Shown here: one piece after another, positions 44,554-53,202 of the stretch
How positions within the stretch are numbered: the first letter of the stretch is position 1
Layout: every line of letters starts with the position of its first letter
IMG/VR virus record: IMGVR_UViG_3300044825_000311
Span: 1 to 59,558 of that record
DNA from: a virus
Lineage: Duplodnaviria > Caudoviricetes
Reading direction: 5' to 3' (one strand)
DNA: 59,558 bases
Made by a program: the position numbers and the translations under genes
Notes under the pieces: model-generated
Told to the model about the DNA's origin: nothing
Database searches by the model: none
The model's input: only the letters and a program-made list of their open reading frames with translations

Positions 44554-46605
44554 ATGGCTGGACTGACACTCCTCCGCGTAGTTAGCGGTGACGAACTTGT
44601 GAAGCAGGAACGTGCCCGTGTTGATGCTGAACTTCAGGCGCGGCAGAACAACCCCGTCATCCTAGGACTTGCAGCCCATTTGCGTACCTGTTGGGACGCA
44701 GCCCGTATGGCGAAGAACCCTATCAACGACCTGATGTTGAAGGCTCTGCGCCAGCGCAATGGTGAGTACGAACCGGACAAGCTCGACGCGATCAGGTCGC
44801 AGGGCGGCTCCGAAGTCTACATGATGATTACTGAGATTAAGTGTCGTGCAGCAGAAAGCTGGCTGCGTGACATTCTCATGGATAACGGCTCTCCTCCGTG
44901 GGATATCCAGCCAACTCCTGAGCCTGATCTATCCCCCGTTCAGATGGAAGAACTCAAGCAGGCGTTTGCCGAGCAGACCCTGCTCACTATTCAGCAGACG
45001 GGTCAGGCTCCGACCCGGCAGGATTTGCTGGAACTTAAAGAGATCGTGTCACAGCAGTTCCGCTTTAAGGTCCTTCAAGCGGCGCAGAACCGCGTAGATA
45101 AGATGAAGGTCAGGATTGATGACCAGCTTGCGCAAGGTGGGTGGTCCGACGCCTTCAATGAGTTCATCACCGATTTGGTGACGTTCCCCTGCGCATTCCT
45201 CAAGGGGCCTATCGTCCGTCGCCAGAGGTACTTGAAGTGGACGCAGAGTCCAGATGGCAAGATGCAGGTTGAACCCGGTGAGCGTATCGCTCCTGAGTTC
45301 GAGCGTGTTAGCCCGTTTGACATTTACCCCGAGCCGGGGATTACGCGCCTGAACGATGGGTATCTTTTTGAGCGCCACGAGCTTTCGCGGCAGGCACTCG
45401 CTGATCTTATCGGCGTACCCGGTTACGACGAGCAGGCTATCCGTAAGGCGCTGGAACTTGGACCTTCATCTACGTGGATCAATGACCCTGATGAGGATAT
45501 GCGCGACGAGGAAGAGCGCAAGTATTATACCGAGATGCGTCCGACTGATGTGTTTGATGCGCTTGAGTTCTGGGGCAAAGTGTCCGGTGCCATGCTCCGT
45601 GAATGGGGTATGACAGAAGCCGAAGTCCCTGACGAGGCCAAGGAGTATGATGCCAACGTATGGCTGGTCGGAAACATGGTTATCAAAGCCGTGTTGAACT
45701 ACGACCCGCTGGGCGAGAAGCCTTACGCCAAGACTTCGTTTATCAAAACGCCCGGTTCTTTCTGGGGCCGCGCCATCCCCGAAATCATCGAAGACCTACA
45801 GAACGTATGTAACGCTGCCGCTCGTGCGCTCGTTAACAACATGGGTATTGCATCTGGTCCGCAGGTTGAGATCAACCTTGAGCGTATCCCGCCGAATGAA
45901 GAGATTACCCAGATGCACCCGTGGAAAATCTGGCAGGTGCTTAATGACCCGCTAGGTTCGTCTGCCCCGGCAGTGCGGTTTAACCAGCCGAACGATAACT
46001 CCTCCACCTTGATGGCAGTCTATGAGCGGTTCAGCCGTTTGGCTGACGACCATTCGGGTATCCCATCCTACATCTATGGCGACACCGATGTGCAGGGTGC
46101 CGGACGTACTGCGTCCGGTCTATCGATGTTGATGGGATCGGCGGGCAAGAGCATCCGTCAGGTTGTCATGCACATTGACCATGACATCGTGAAACCGGTT
46201 ATTCAGCGCCAGTTTGTTTATAACATGCGGTATGACGACGACGAGAGCATCAAGGGTGATGCGCAGATCGTACCCCGTGGTGCTGTTAATCTTGCGGTTA
46301 AGGAGACCACGAACGTCAGGCGCGTTGAGTTCCTTAACGCCACCGCCAACGAGATCGACATGGGTATCATTGGTCCGAATGGTCGTGCTGCTATCCTGCG
46401 CGAGATCGCCAAGGGGCTGCAGATGCCGGTTGATGAAGTTGTTCCGTCGCGGGAAACGCTTGCGTTCAAGCAGAAAGCCGTTGAGCAGCAGGCCGCCATG
46501 CAGATGTCGCAGCAGGGTAGTATGCCCGGAGCGCAGAACATGGACGTTGGCGGCACCCCCGCTGGCGGGACTAATCTCGTAGCTAACCAGCAGACCGGCA
46601 GATGA
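44554..46605 (+). CDS. Portal protein
   Basis: 683 aa; VSPFDIYP, SFWG.AIP, RTASGLSML motifs; upstream of scaffold and capsid. Confidence 0.85.
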   Translation: MAGLTLLRVVSGDELVKQERARVDAELQARQNNPVILGLAAHLRTCWDAARMAKNPINDLMLKALRQRNGEYEPDKLDAIRSQGGSEVYMMITEIKCRAAESWLRDILMDNGSPPWDIQPTPEPDLSPVQMEELKQAFAEQTLLTIQQTGQAPTRQDLLELKEIVSQQFRFKVLQAAQNRVDKMKVRIDDQLAQGGWSDAFNEFITDLVTFPCAFLKGPIVRRQRYLKWTQSPDGKMQVEPGERIAPEFERVSPFDIYPEPGITRLNDGYLFERHELSRQALADLIGVPGYDEQAIRKALELGPSSTWINDPDEDMRDEEERKYYTEMRPTDVFDALEFWGKVSGAMLREWGMTEAEVPDEAKEYDANVWLVGNMVIKAVLNYDPLGEKPYAKTSFIKTPGSFWGRAIPEIIEDLQNVCNAAARALVNNMGIASGPQVEINLERIPPNEEITQMHPWKIWQVLNDPLGSSAPAVRFNQPNDNSSTLMAVYERFSRLADDHSGIPSYIYGDTDVQGAGRTASGLSMLMGSAGKSIRQVVMHIDHDIVKPVIQRQFVYNMRYDDDESIKGDAQIVPRGAVNLAVKETTNVRRVEFLNATANEIDMGIIGPNGRAAILREIAKGLQMPVDEVVPSRETLAFKQKAVEQQAAMQMSQQGSMPGAQNMDVGGTPAGGTNLVANQQTGR

Positions 46606-46829
46606 TCCGCCCAGAACCAGAATTAGTTCAGCTACTCGCTCGTGTCGCTACACACTACCCAGATGTAGTGAAGTGGATGAACGATTGGCGACAGCACGAA
46701 CTTGAGCAGCTACCCAATGTGTCGGCAACCAGCGTGTCGCTTGCACAGGGTAGATGCCAAGTATTGACAGAACTCTGTAAACTTGTTAACCAATCTCGTG
46801 ATTTAGCTGCACAATCGAATAAACGATAG
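46602..46829 (+). CDS. Small portal-adjacent protein
   Basis: AQGR motif typical of genes between portal and scaffold. Confidence 0.65.
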   Translation: MIRPEPELVQLLARVATHYPDVVKWMNDWRQHELEQLPNVSATSVSLAQGRCQVLTELCKLVNQSRDLAAQSNKR

Positions 46830-46868
46830 CAGAGAACACTAGCACGCACACCGAGAGGAGCGTTTGTA

Positions 46869-47861
46869 ATGGCCCTACCCGAGCAGTTAAGAAAGCAGTC
46901 TGAGGCTATCTCCAAGTTCTACGAGACCCCTCCCGCCGACGAAGCAGCCGCATCGGCTGACACTTCGGGCGATGAGTTGCCCCCGAACGAAGAAGCCAAC
47001 AGTGCCGTCGTCTCTGCACCTGAAGCCGCGCCTAACGAGCAAGGGCGACCGGCTACCACCAATGAAACTGCTGAACAGCGTTATCGCACCCTTCAGGGTA
47101 TGTATAATGCTGACACGTCTCGCCTTCGCGCGGACAAGCAGGAACTTACTTCGCGGGTTGAGCAGCTTGAAAAGCTGCTTTCTTCGCTATCTTCGGCCCC
47201 TGCACAGCCAGCGCAGGTCCAGTCTAAGCATGTTACGGACAAAGACATTGAGGAGTATGGCGACTCTATTGACGTTATGCGGCGCGTAACGAAGGAAGAG
47301 ACGGCGTACTACCAGCAGAAGATTGCTGCATTGGAAGGCACTATTCGTGATCTCCATGCCAGCGTCGTTCCGCGTGTCGAGCAAGTCGCACAGCGACAGG
47401 CAGTGTCTGCCGAACAGGGCTTCTGGTCTGATCTGACAGCAGCCGTACCGAACTGGCGGGACATCAACCAGAACGCCGACTTCCATTCTTGGCTTCTTGA
47501 GGTCGATCCTCTGACTGGCATGAACCGGCAGAGCCATCTTGAGAACGCTCAGAGGTCGCTTGACGTTCGTCGCGTTGCTGCGTTCTTCACGACGTGGCAG
47601 GGGAACAGCGGCCACCGCATTGCTCAAGAACCTCGGGACGCTGCAAAGTCTCAGCTAGAGAAGCAGGTTTCTCCCGGTCGTGGCCGTACAGCGGCTGCAC
47701 CCGTGGATAACCAGACCAAGACGTACTCGACCAAGGACATTTCCAAGTTCTTTGACGATGTACGTAAGGGTGCTTACAAAGGCCGTGAGACCGAGCGCGA
47801 CCGTATCGAACGCGATATCTTCGCCGCACAGCGCGAAAATCGCATTGTCGCAACTGGTTAA
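46869..47861 (+). CDS. Capsid scaffolding protein
   Basis: Acidic N-terminus, YRTLQGMY coiled coil, C-terminal AQRENRI; precedes capsid. Confidence 0.75.
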   Translation: MALPEQLRKQSEAISKFYETPPADEAAASADTSGDELPPNEEANSAVVSAPEAAPNEQGRPATTNETAEQRYRTLQGMYNADTSRLRADKQELTSRVEQLEKLLSSLSSAPAQPAQVQSKHVTDKDIEEYGDSIDVMRRVTKEETAYYQQKIAALEGTIRDLHASVVPRVEQVAQRQAVSAEQGFWSDLTAAVPNWRDINQNADFHSWLLEVDPLTGMNRQSHLENAQRSLDVRRVAAFFTTWQGNSGHRIAQEPRDAAKSQLEKQVSPGRGRTAAAPVDNQTKTYSTKDISKFFDDVRKGAYKGRETERDRIERDIFAAQRENRIVATG

Positions 47862-47874
47862 ACGGAGCCTTTAG

Positions 47875-48798
47875 ATGGCATTTCCTGTCGCACCCGGTCG
47901 CCCGAATTACTCGGGTAACTTCATCCCCGAAATCTGGTCGGGGAAGCTGATTGAGAACTTCTACGACGCCACTGTTCTCGCAGCTATTTCCAATACTGAC
48001 TACGAAGGCGAGATCAAGGGTCAGGGAGATACGGTCAATATCCGTACCACCCCGAACATCACGATCCGCGACTACGTGAAGGGTCAGAACCTTGTCGTGG
48101 AAAACCCCGACAAGCCGAAGCTCCAGCTTCTTATCGACAAGGGCGAATACTTCGCTTGCGTCGAGGACGATATCGATAAGGTCCAGTCTGACATCAAGCT
48201 CATGGACGAGTGGTCCAAGGACGCTTCTGAGCAGATGAAGATCAAGATCGACCAGCGCGTTCTGACCGACATCCTGCCCGACGTTGCCGCTATCAACAAG
48301 GGTACGGCTGCTGGCCGCATCTCTGGTGCGTTCAACCTCGGCTCTTCCGTCTCCCCGCTCACCGTCTCCAAGGACGGCGCGGGCGGCACGACCCCGGTCA
48401 CTGATCTGATCGTTGACATGGGCACCGTGCTTGACGAAGCCAACTGCCCCGAGAGCGGTCGCTTCCTTGTGATCCCGGCCCGTATGGCTGGCCTCATCAA
48501 GAAGTCCGAACTCAAGGACGCTTCGCTGACCGGTGACAGCCAGTCGGTGATGCGCAACGGGCGTCTCGGCATGATCGACCGTTTCACGATCTATGTCAGC
48601 CACAACCTCAACGTCTCCTCGGGTAAGTTCAGCATCATCGCTGGCACGAAGATGGGCCTCACCTTCGCATCGCAGATGACGGAGATGGAGACCATCCGCT
48701 CGGAAACGACCTTTGGCGACATCATCCGTGGTCTTCAGGTTTACGGCTACAAGGTCGTTAAGCCGGAAGCTCTCACGACCGCCGTCGTCCAGTTCTAA
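47875..48798 (+). CDS. Major capsid protein
   Basis: FIPEIWS...YEGEI...GDTVNI; C-terminal RGLQVYGYKVVKPEAL; strongest codon bias. Confidence 0.9.
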   Translation: MAFPVAPGRPNYSGNFIPEIWSGKLIENFYDATVLAAISNTDYEGEIKGQGDTVNIRTTPNITIRDYVKGQNLVVENPDKPKLQLLIDKGEYFACVEDDIDKVQSDIKLMDEWSKDASEQMKIKIDQRVLTDILPDVAAINKGTAAGRISGAFNLGSSVSPLTVSKDGAGGTTPVTDLIVDMGTVLDEANCPESGRFLVIPARMAGLIKKSELKDASLTGDSQSVMRNGRLGMIDRFTIYVSHNLNVSSGKFSIIAGTKMGLTFASQMTEMETIRSETTFGDIIRGLQVYGYKVVKPEALTTAVVQF

Positions 48799-48811
48799 GG
48801 AGACCTGATCC

Positions 48812-49282
48812 ATGGTTGCCTATACCGATAGCCTCGGCATCAATAAGGGTTCCATTGCCCTTGCTGCCTCGTACACCAATCACTTCTCGGTGATGGACTA
48901 CGTCATCGACTTTGCCAAGATCGCCGCTGCGCGTTCTGCTGCCGGTGCTGCTGCACTGGCAGCTACCGACACGCTGGTCCTCGCTACCCTCCCGAAGGGT
49001 ACGATGATCGTCGGCGGTATGGTGAAGCTGCTCAAGGCTGAAGGTGCCGCTGGCACCATCGACCTCGGCATCACCGGCTCGCTGACGCTGTTCGCCAACG
49101 ACTTCGACTGCAACACCACGGTGAACACCATCGTCGGAGCCACCACGGCCTCGGCGCTCACGGCGGACACCAATGTGGTGATGACGGTCAACACCAACGC
49201 CATCGACGTCAGCCGCGTGCTGCTGTCCATTGTCGTGGTGGATGTCATGGCCAACCCCGGTTCGATCCCCAACGTAACGTAA
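48812..49282 (+). CDS. Putative capsid decoration/cement protein
   Basis: AAGGAG RBS directly after capsid, high codon bias. Confidence 0.6.
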   Translation: MVAYTDSLGINKGSIALAASYTNHFSVMDYVIDFAKIAAARSAAGAAALAATDTLVLATLPKGTMIVGGMVKLLKAEGAAGTIDLGITGSLTLFANDFDCNTTVNTIVGATTASALTADTNVVMTVNTNAIDVSRVLLSIVVVDVMANPGSIPNVT

Positions 49283-49286
49283 TGGC

Positions 49287-49309
49287 GGGGGCGTAAGCCC
49301 CCTCCTTTC
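49287..49309 (+). terminator. Hairpin/weak terminator
   Basis: GGGGGC-gtaa-GCCCCC then tcctttc. Confidence 0.55.
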
Positions 49310-49323
49310 ATAGGAGAGAACTC

Positions 49324-49701
49324 ATGGGTGTTTATACCGGTATTGCTCAGGATAACGTAAACATTACCAGTGGTAATGCCGTTCTCCAGAGCGTACGTGT
49401 TACGAACAATGCCCCGCCTGCAATCAAGACGGCTTCGTTTACGCTTGGCGCGAACGAGAATTTCGTGATTGTAAACGGTGCTGCCGCCAACGTGACTGTT
49501 ACGCTTCCGGCTGCTTCGTCTGCTCCGGGTCGTGTTGTCACGATCAAGAACTTGTCGGCCTCTTACACGGTGATCTCGGCATCGTCCAACGTGAAGCCGA
49601 TTGGCTCCGACACCGCAGGCACGGCGATCCTCGCCGCTTCCGCTGGTGCTTGGGCCACGCTGGTGAGCGACGGAACGAACTGGGTCATTATGGCCTCGTA
49701 A
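49324..49701 (+). CDS. Small virion fibre-like protein
   Basis: TVTLPAA...GR..TIKN...SDGTNW motif. Confidence 0.7.
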   Translation: MGVYTGIAQDNVNITSGNAVLQSVRVTNNAPPAIKTASFTLGANENFVIVNGAAANVTVTLPAASSAPGRVVTIKNLSASYTVISASSNVKPIGSDTAGTAILAASAGAWATLVSDGTNWVIMAS

Positions 49702-49702
49702 T

Positions 49703-49729
49703 GGTGGGGGCTTCGGCCCCCATCTTTCT
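49703..49729 (+). terminator. Terminator hairpin
   Basis: GGTGGGGGC-ttcg-GCCCCCATC then tttct. Confidence 0.65.
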
Positions 49730-49744
49730 ATTAAAGGGGTTCCA

Positions 49745-50833
49745 ATGCCGACGTTTCTGACCGGCTCTAAGATACGCGATACGTACAGCCAGCTTTTGCA
49801 TATCGATGGCGGCGTCGCATCTACTGAAAAGACAGTTTATACAGCAGCCGGTGCGGCTACGGCAGTCAAGCTCGGCACGCTGTCGATGTCCGTTGGCAAC
49901 GTCAGGCTGACGGGCAACACTATCGCTGCCATTGACGGGTCAGCGGGCTTCACGATTACAGCCCCGACGATCACTACCCCCACGATTTCGGCTCCCACGA
50001 TTGTCGGTGGTACGATTACCGGTATTGCTGACCTCGCTGTTACAGACGGCGGTACTGGCGCGTCTACTGCTGCTGCGGCGCGTATCAATCTTGGCATCAA
50101 TATCGGCACGGATATTCAGGCGTATGATCCTACGCTTCAATCCCTGTCTGCACTGGGTACGGCGGCAGATCGTTACGCTTACACGACTGGTGTGGACACT
50201 TGGGCTGAAGGTACGATCACTACCGCTGGCCGTGCGTTACTCGATGATGCTGATGCGGCGGCGCAACGTACGACGCTTGGCCTCGGAACTATCGCTACGC
50301 AGGCGGCGGACAACGTGGCCATCACGGGCGGCACCGTCTCCTTTGGTGTATTGTCTGGTCGGGCTTTTGGTTCTTTCTCCGACATCACCGATCAGACCGG
50401 CAGCACGACGACGCCGACTGCCGTGAAGTTTGGAACCAACGAGATCACCGGTAGCGGTATCTCTATTGCGCTTGACGGGTCTAGCAACCCCACTCGCATT
50501 ACGTTTGCTGCAGCCGGTACGTATATGGTTGCGCCCAACCTGCAGTTTGCTAATTCTGATGGGGCAGACCACGATGTCACTATCTGGCTTCGCAAAAATG
50601 GTACGGATATCGCCCGGTCTGCAACCAGAATAACAGTGCCAAAGACTGGTGACGGCGGTAATGCGTTCTTCCAAGTTGTGTTCTACGACACGGTAACGGC
50701 TGGGCAGTACATCGAAGTTATGTGGCTTCCTGAAAACATAGCTGTTACTATAGACCACACGGCGGCTGTTACGGGTCCGCCAGCAGTGCCTGCCATCCCG
50801 TCTGCCATTGTGGTGGCTGAACGGATCGCGTAA
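49745..50833 (+). CDS. Tail/head fibre protein
   Basis: DGGTGAST..AAR.NLG, GRALLDDADAAAQRTTLGLG repeats, C-terminal beta domain. Confidence 0.75.
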   Translation: MPTFLTGSKIRDTYSQLLHIDGGVASTEKTVYTAAGAATAVKLGTLSMSVGNVRLTGNTIAAIDGSAGFTITAPTITTPTISAPTIVGGTITGIADLAVTDGGTGASTAAAARINLGINIGTDIQAYDPTLQSLSALGTAADRYAYTTGVDTWAEGTITTAGRALLDDADAAAQRTTLGLGTIATQAADNVAITGGTVSFGVLSGRAFGSFSDITDQTGSTTTPTAVKFGTNEITGSGISIALDGSSNPTRITFAAAGTYMVAPNLQFANSDGADHDVTIWLRKNGTDIARSATRITVPKTGDGGNAFFQVVFYDTVTAGQYIEVMWLPENIAVTIDHTAAVTGPPAVPAIPSAIVVAERIA

Positions 50834-50856
50834 CATAGCCAACATAGGAAGTGATC

Positions 50857-51495
50857 ATGGCGAAAGATAACGACAAAGATAAAAACAAGACACCGGGCCT
50901 CAAGGGTGGCAGGGGTGTATTTGGTACACCCGGTGTTGGTTATGGCGGTGTAATGAAGCGCGAAAAGCCGCCGGGTCTTAAGGGCGGTAAGGGCGTGTTT
51001 GGCACACCCGGTGTCGGTTACGGCGGCAAACTTACCAGCAACGGTCCGACTTCGCTGGCCGGTGGCCTCGGGATGCAGGGTTATGGCAATGCGGCAACGG
51101 GTGCTAATCTGCACACCCCGCGTAATGCAACCATGGCGACCCGCAACTACCAGTACGGCGAAGTCATGGGTAAACCCCCAGCGCCGAAGCCTACGGCGAA
51201 GCCCACGCGTAAGCCGACCGAGATTACCATTCCGGGCGGTGGTTTGAAGTCGGCCAAGGTTACTCCTGCCAGCAGCAAGTCAAAGCCCATGGCGACTAAT
51301 AGGTTTACTGGTAGCACTCTCGGTTTCACCTCTGGTAAGACCACCGGTTCTACCGTCACCAAGTCCGGTGTCGCCGGTAAGTCTACTGCCGCTTCGCGTG
51401 CTGCGACGCGGGCATATGATAAAGGCGGTGTGGCTGGACCCACTAAGAACGCCGCTGGCAAGAACGCCTCCAGCATGACGGGTAAGCGCAAGTAA
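50857..51495 (+). CDS. Basic low-complexity protein with duplicated PGLKGG.GVFGTPGVGYGG
   Basis: K/G/T-rich with an internal 19-aa repeat. Confidence 0.7.
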   Translation: MAKDNDKDKNKTPGLKGGRGVFGTPGVGYGGVMKREKPPGLKGGKGVFGTPGVGYGGKLTSNGPTSLAGGLGMQGYGNAATGANLHTPRNATMATRNYQYGEVMGKPPAPKPTAKPTRKPTEITIPGGGLKSAKVTPASSKSKPMATNRFTGSTLGFTSGKTTGSTVTKSGVAGKSTAASRAATRAYDKGGVAGPTKNAAGKNASSMTGKRK

Positions 51496-51770
51496 TGAAA
51501 CTCTGGCTGAAGCACGTAGAGGACGGGAGTGTCTATGATTGGCACCCCCTCCTCGCCAAGCACCCGAAGCTGGTCGAAGTGACTGACGAGGAGTTGTTCC
51601 CCGAGAAGTACGCGCCGCCGCATATCGTAGCGAAGATGGAAGAGCGTAAAGCCAGTAAGGTGGATTATCTTCCGTCGTTCGATGACATCGTTATCGATGA
51701 GCCGCCCGCTCCGACTAACGAAGAATTGAATGCCGAAGTTACTGTCCGCACGAGGAAGCGTAACAAGTGA
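51495..51770 (+). CDS. Hypothetical protein (91 aa)
   Basis: Coupled ORF. Confidence 0.7.
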   Translation: MKLWLKHVEDGSVYDWHPLLAKHPKLVEVTDEELFPEKYAPPHIVAKMEERKASKVDYLPSFDDIVIDEPPAPTNEELNAEVTVRTRKRNK

Positions 51771-52432
51771 CCCCATCTGATATCATAGTCGAGTGTCGTC
51801 GCCTGCTGAACGACACGCTCACTCCGTATCGCTACAGCGATGCGATGCTACTCGGCTATGTTAATCAGGTTTTGAAGCGGACGGCAGTCCTACGCCCTGA
51901 CCTCTTCGGAGTTCTAGGAGATATATCTGTTACAGCCGATACGGCGGTCCAATCACTACCCGCAACGGCGCACCGGCTGATCGACATCTTTCAGGTTAAG
52001 AACGGTGACGCTGTTACTGAAGTAGACCGGGAGACCATGGCCCGCAACCACCCCTCGTGGATGTCGGAAGCTGCTGGTACTCCGGTCAACTTCATGCGCC
52101 ATGTACGCAACCCGACCAAGTTTTTCCTGTATCCGCCCCCAGTGGCCGGTACTATTCTGGTTGCTGAATATGCCGTATCGCCAGTGGATTACACACTCAA
52201 TCAGGATATTACCTCCCCGCCGCCGTCTTTCTTCGGCGCACTGGTTGACGGCGTGCTGTTCCTCGCTTCGTCGGTTGATGATGAGCATGTCAATTCTGGT
52301 CGCGCTAAAGTGTTCCTCGACAGCTTCACGCAGCAGTTGGGCGTGTCGTTGCAGAACCGTGCCCTTAATGATACGAAGCAGGCGGGCCTGACGGCGTCTC
52401 CTCCGGTCGCCCAACTCGGTGAGGTGTACTGA
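51767..52432 (+). CDS. Tail adaptor protein (head-tail joining)
   Basis: II..CR.LLND....YSD..LL.YVN...RPD; FFLYPPP. Confidence 0.7.
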   Translation: MTPSDIIVECRRLLNDTLTPYRYSDAMLLGYVNQVLKRTAVLRPDLFGVLGDISVTADTAVQSLPATAHRLIDIFQVKNGDAVTEVDRETMARNHPSWMSEAAGTPVNFMRHVRNPTKFFLYPPPVAGTILVAEYAVSPVDYTLNQDITSPPPSFFGALVDGVLFLASSVDDEHVNSGRAKVFLDSFTQQLGVSLQNRALNDTKQAGLTASPPVAQLGEVY

Positions 52433-53202
52433 TGTCCACCCGGCTGTTTTCCTCGCTGCTTCCTAAAGTCCTTCCCAGCGTTCCCGGCGCTCCGCAGCCA
52501 TTGGTTATCCAGTACATTCGGGACACAGCAATCCGTGTCTGCGAAACTTCCTTGGCATGGCGGCATGTCGAAGACCCGTTTGTTCTTCAGCCGGGGTCAT
52601 ACATTAACCTGTTCAATAAGCCTGCCGACACGGACGTTCATGTTATCTTCCGGGCTACGTCCAATGGGCGTTTGCTCCAGCGTGTTGTTCTGGAAGACGC
52701 CATTGATATGTTCCCCGAGTGGGCCGAGCAGTATAACGGCTTGACGCCGGAAGAGGTTTGGGCAGCGACTTCACCGGATGGGTTTAACGACGACCCGTAC
52801 AACGAAGTGCAGTTCAATGGCGGGGAACCCGCGCCACTCCCAGAAACAGCATACACTGGCGGGTCTGATCCGCGCGTGATCACGCAGCTTACTGCTGACC
52901 GCTACGTCGTCCTCCCCATGCCCGGTGGCGATCAGACCTATACGATCCGTATGTTCTATGCGCTCAAGCCGTCCCGTACAGCGGCTGGTATGGATGAAAA
53001 TGTCCTTAATGACCTTGAGGATGTCATCGTTCATGGGGCGCTACAGCAGCTTCTTGTGATGCCCAAGGTCGTATGGAACGATAACACGCTGGCAGCTTAT
53101 CATGCCAAGCAGTTCCTGTTCCGCCAAGCGGAGCGCAGGGCGCGTGCTAATCTCGGCAACGCTCGTGGCAGTTTAACCGCTCGTGGTGGTGGGTTCACGT
53201 AA
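52432..53202 (+). CDS. Second tail adaptor-like protein
   Basis: VPGAP.PL....IR..AI..CE....W; LKPSR; I.HGAL..L..MP...W. Confidence 0.65.
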   Translation: MSTRLFSSLLPKVLPSVPGAPQPLVIQYIRDTAIRVCETSLAWRHVEDPFVLQPGSYINLFNKPADTDVHVIFRATSNGRLLQRVVLEDAIDMFPEWAEQYNGLTPEEVWAATSPDGFNDDPYNEVQFNGGEPAPLPETAYTGGSDPRVITQLTADRYVVLPMPGGDQTYTIRMFYALKPSRTAAGMDENVLNDLEDVIVHGALQQLLVMPKVVWNDNTLAAYHAKQFLFRQAERRARANLGNARGSLTARGGGFT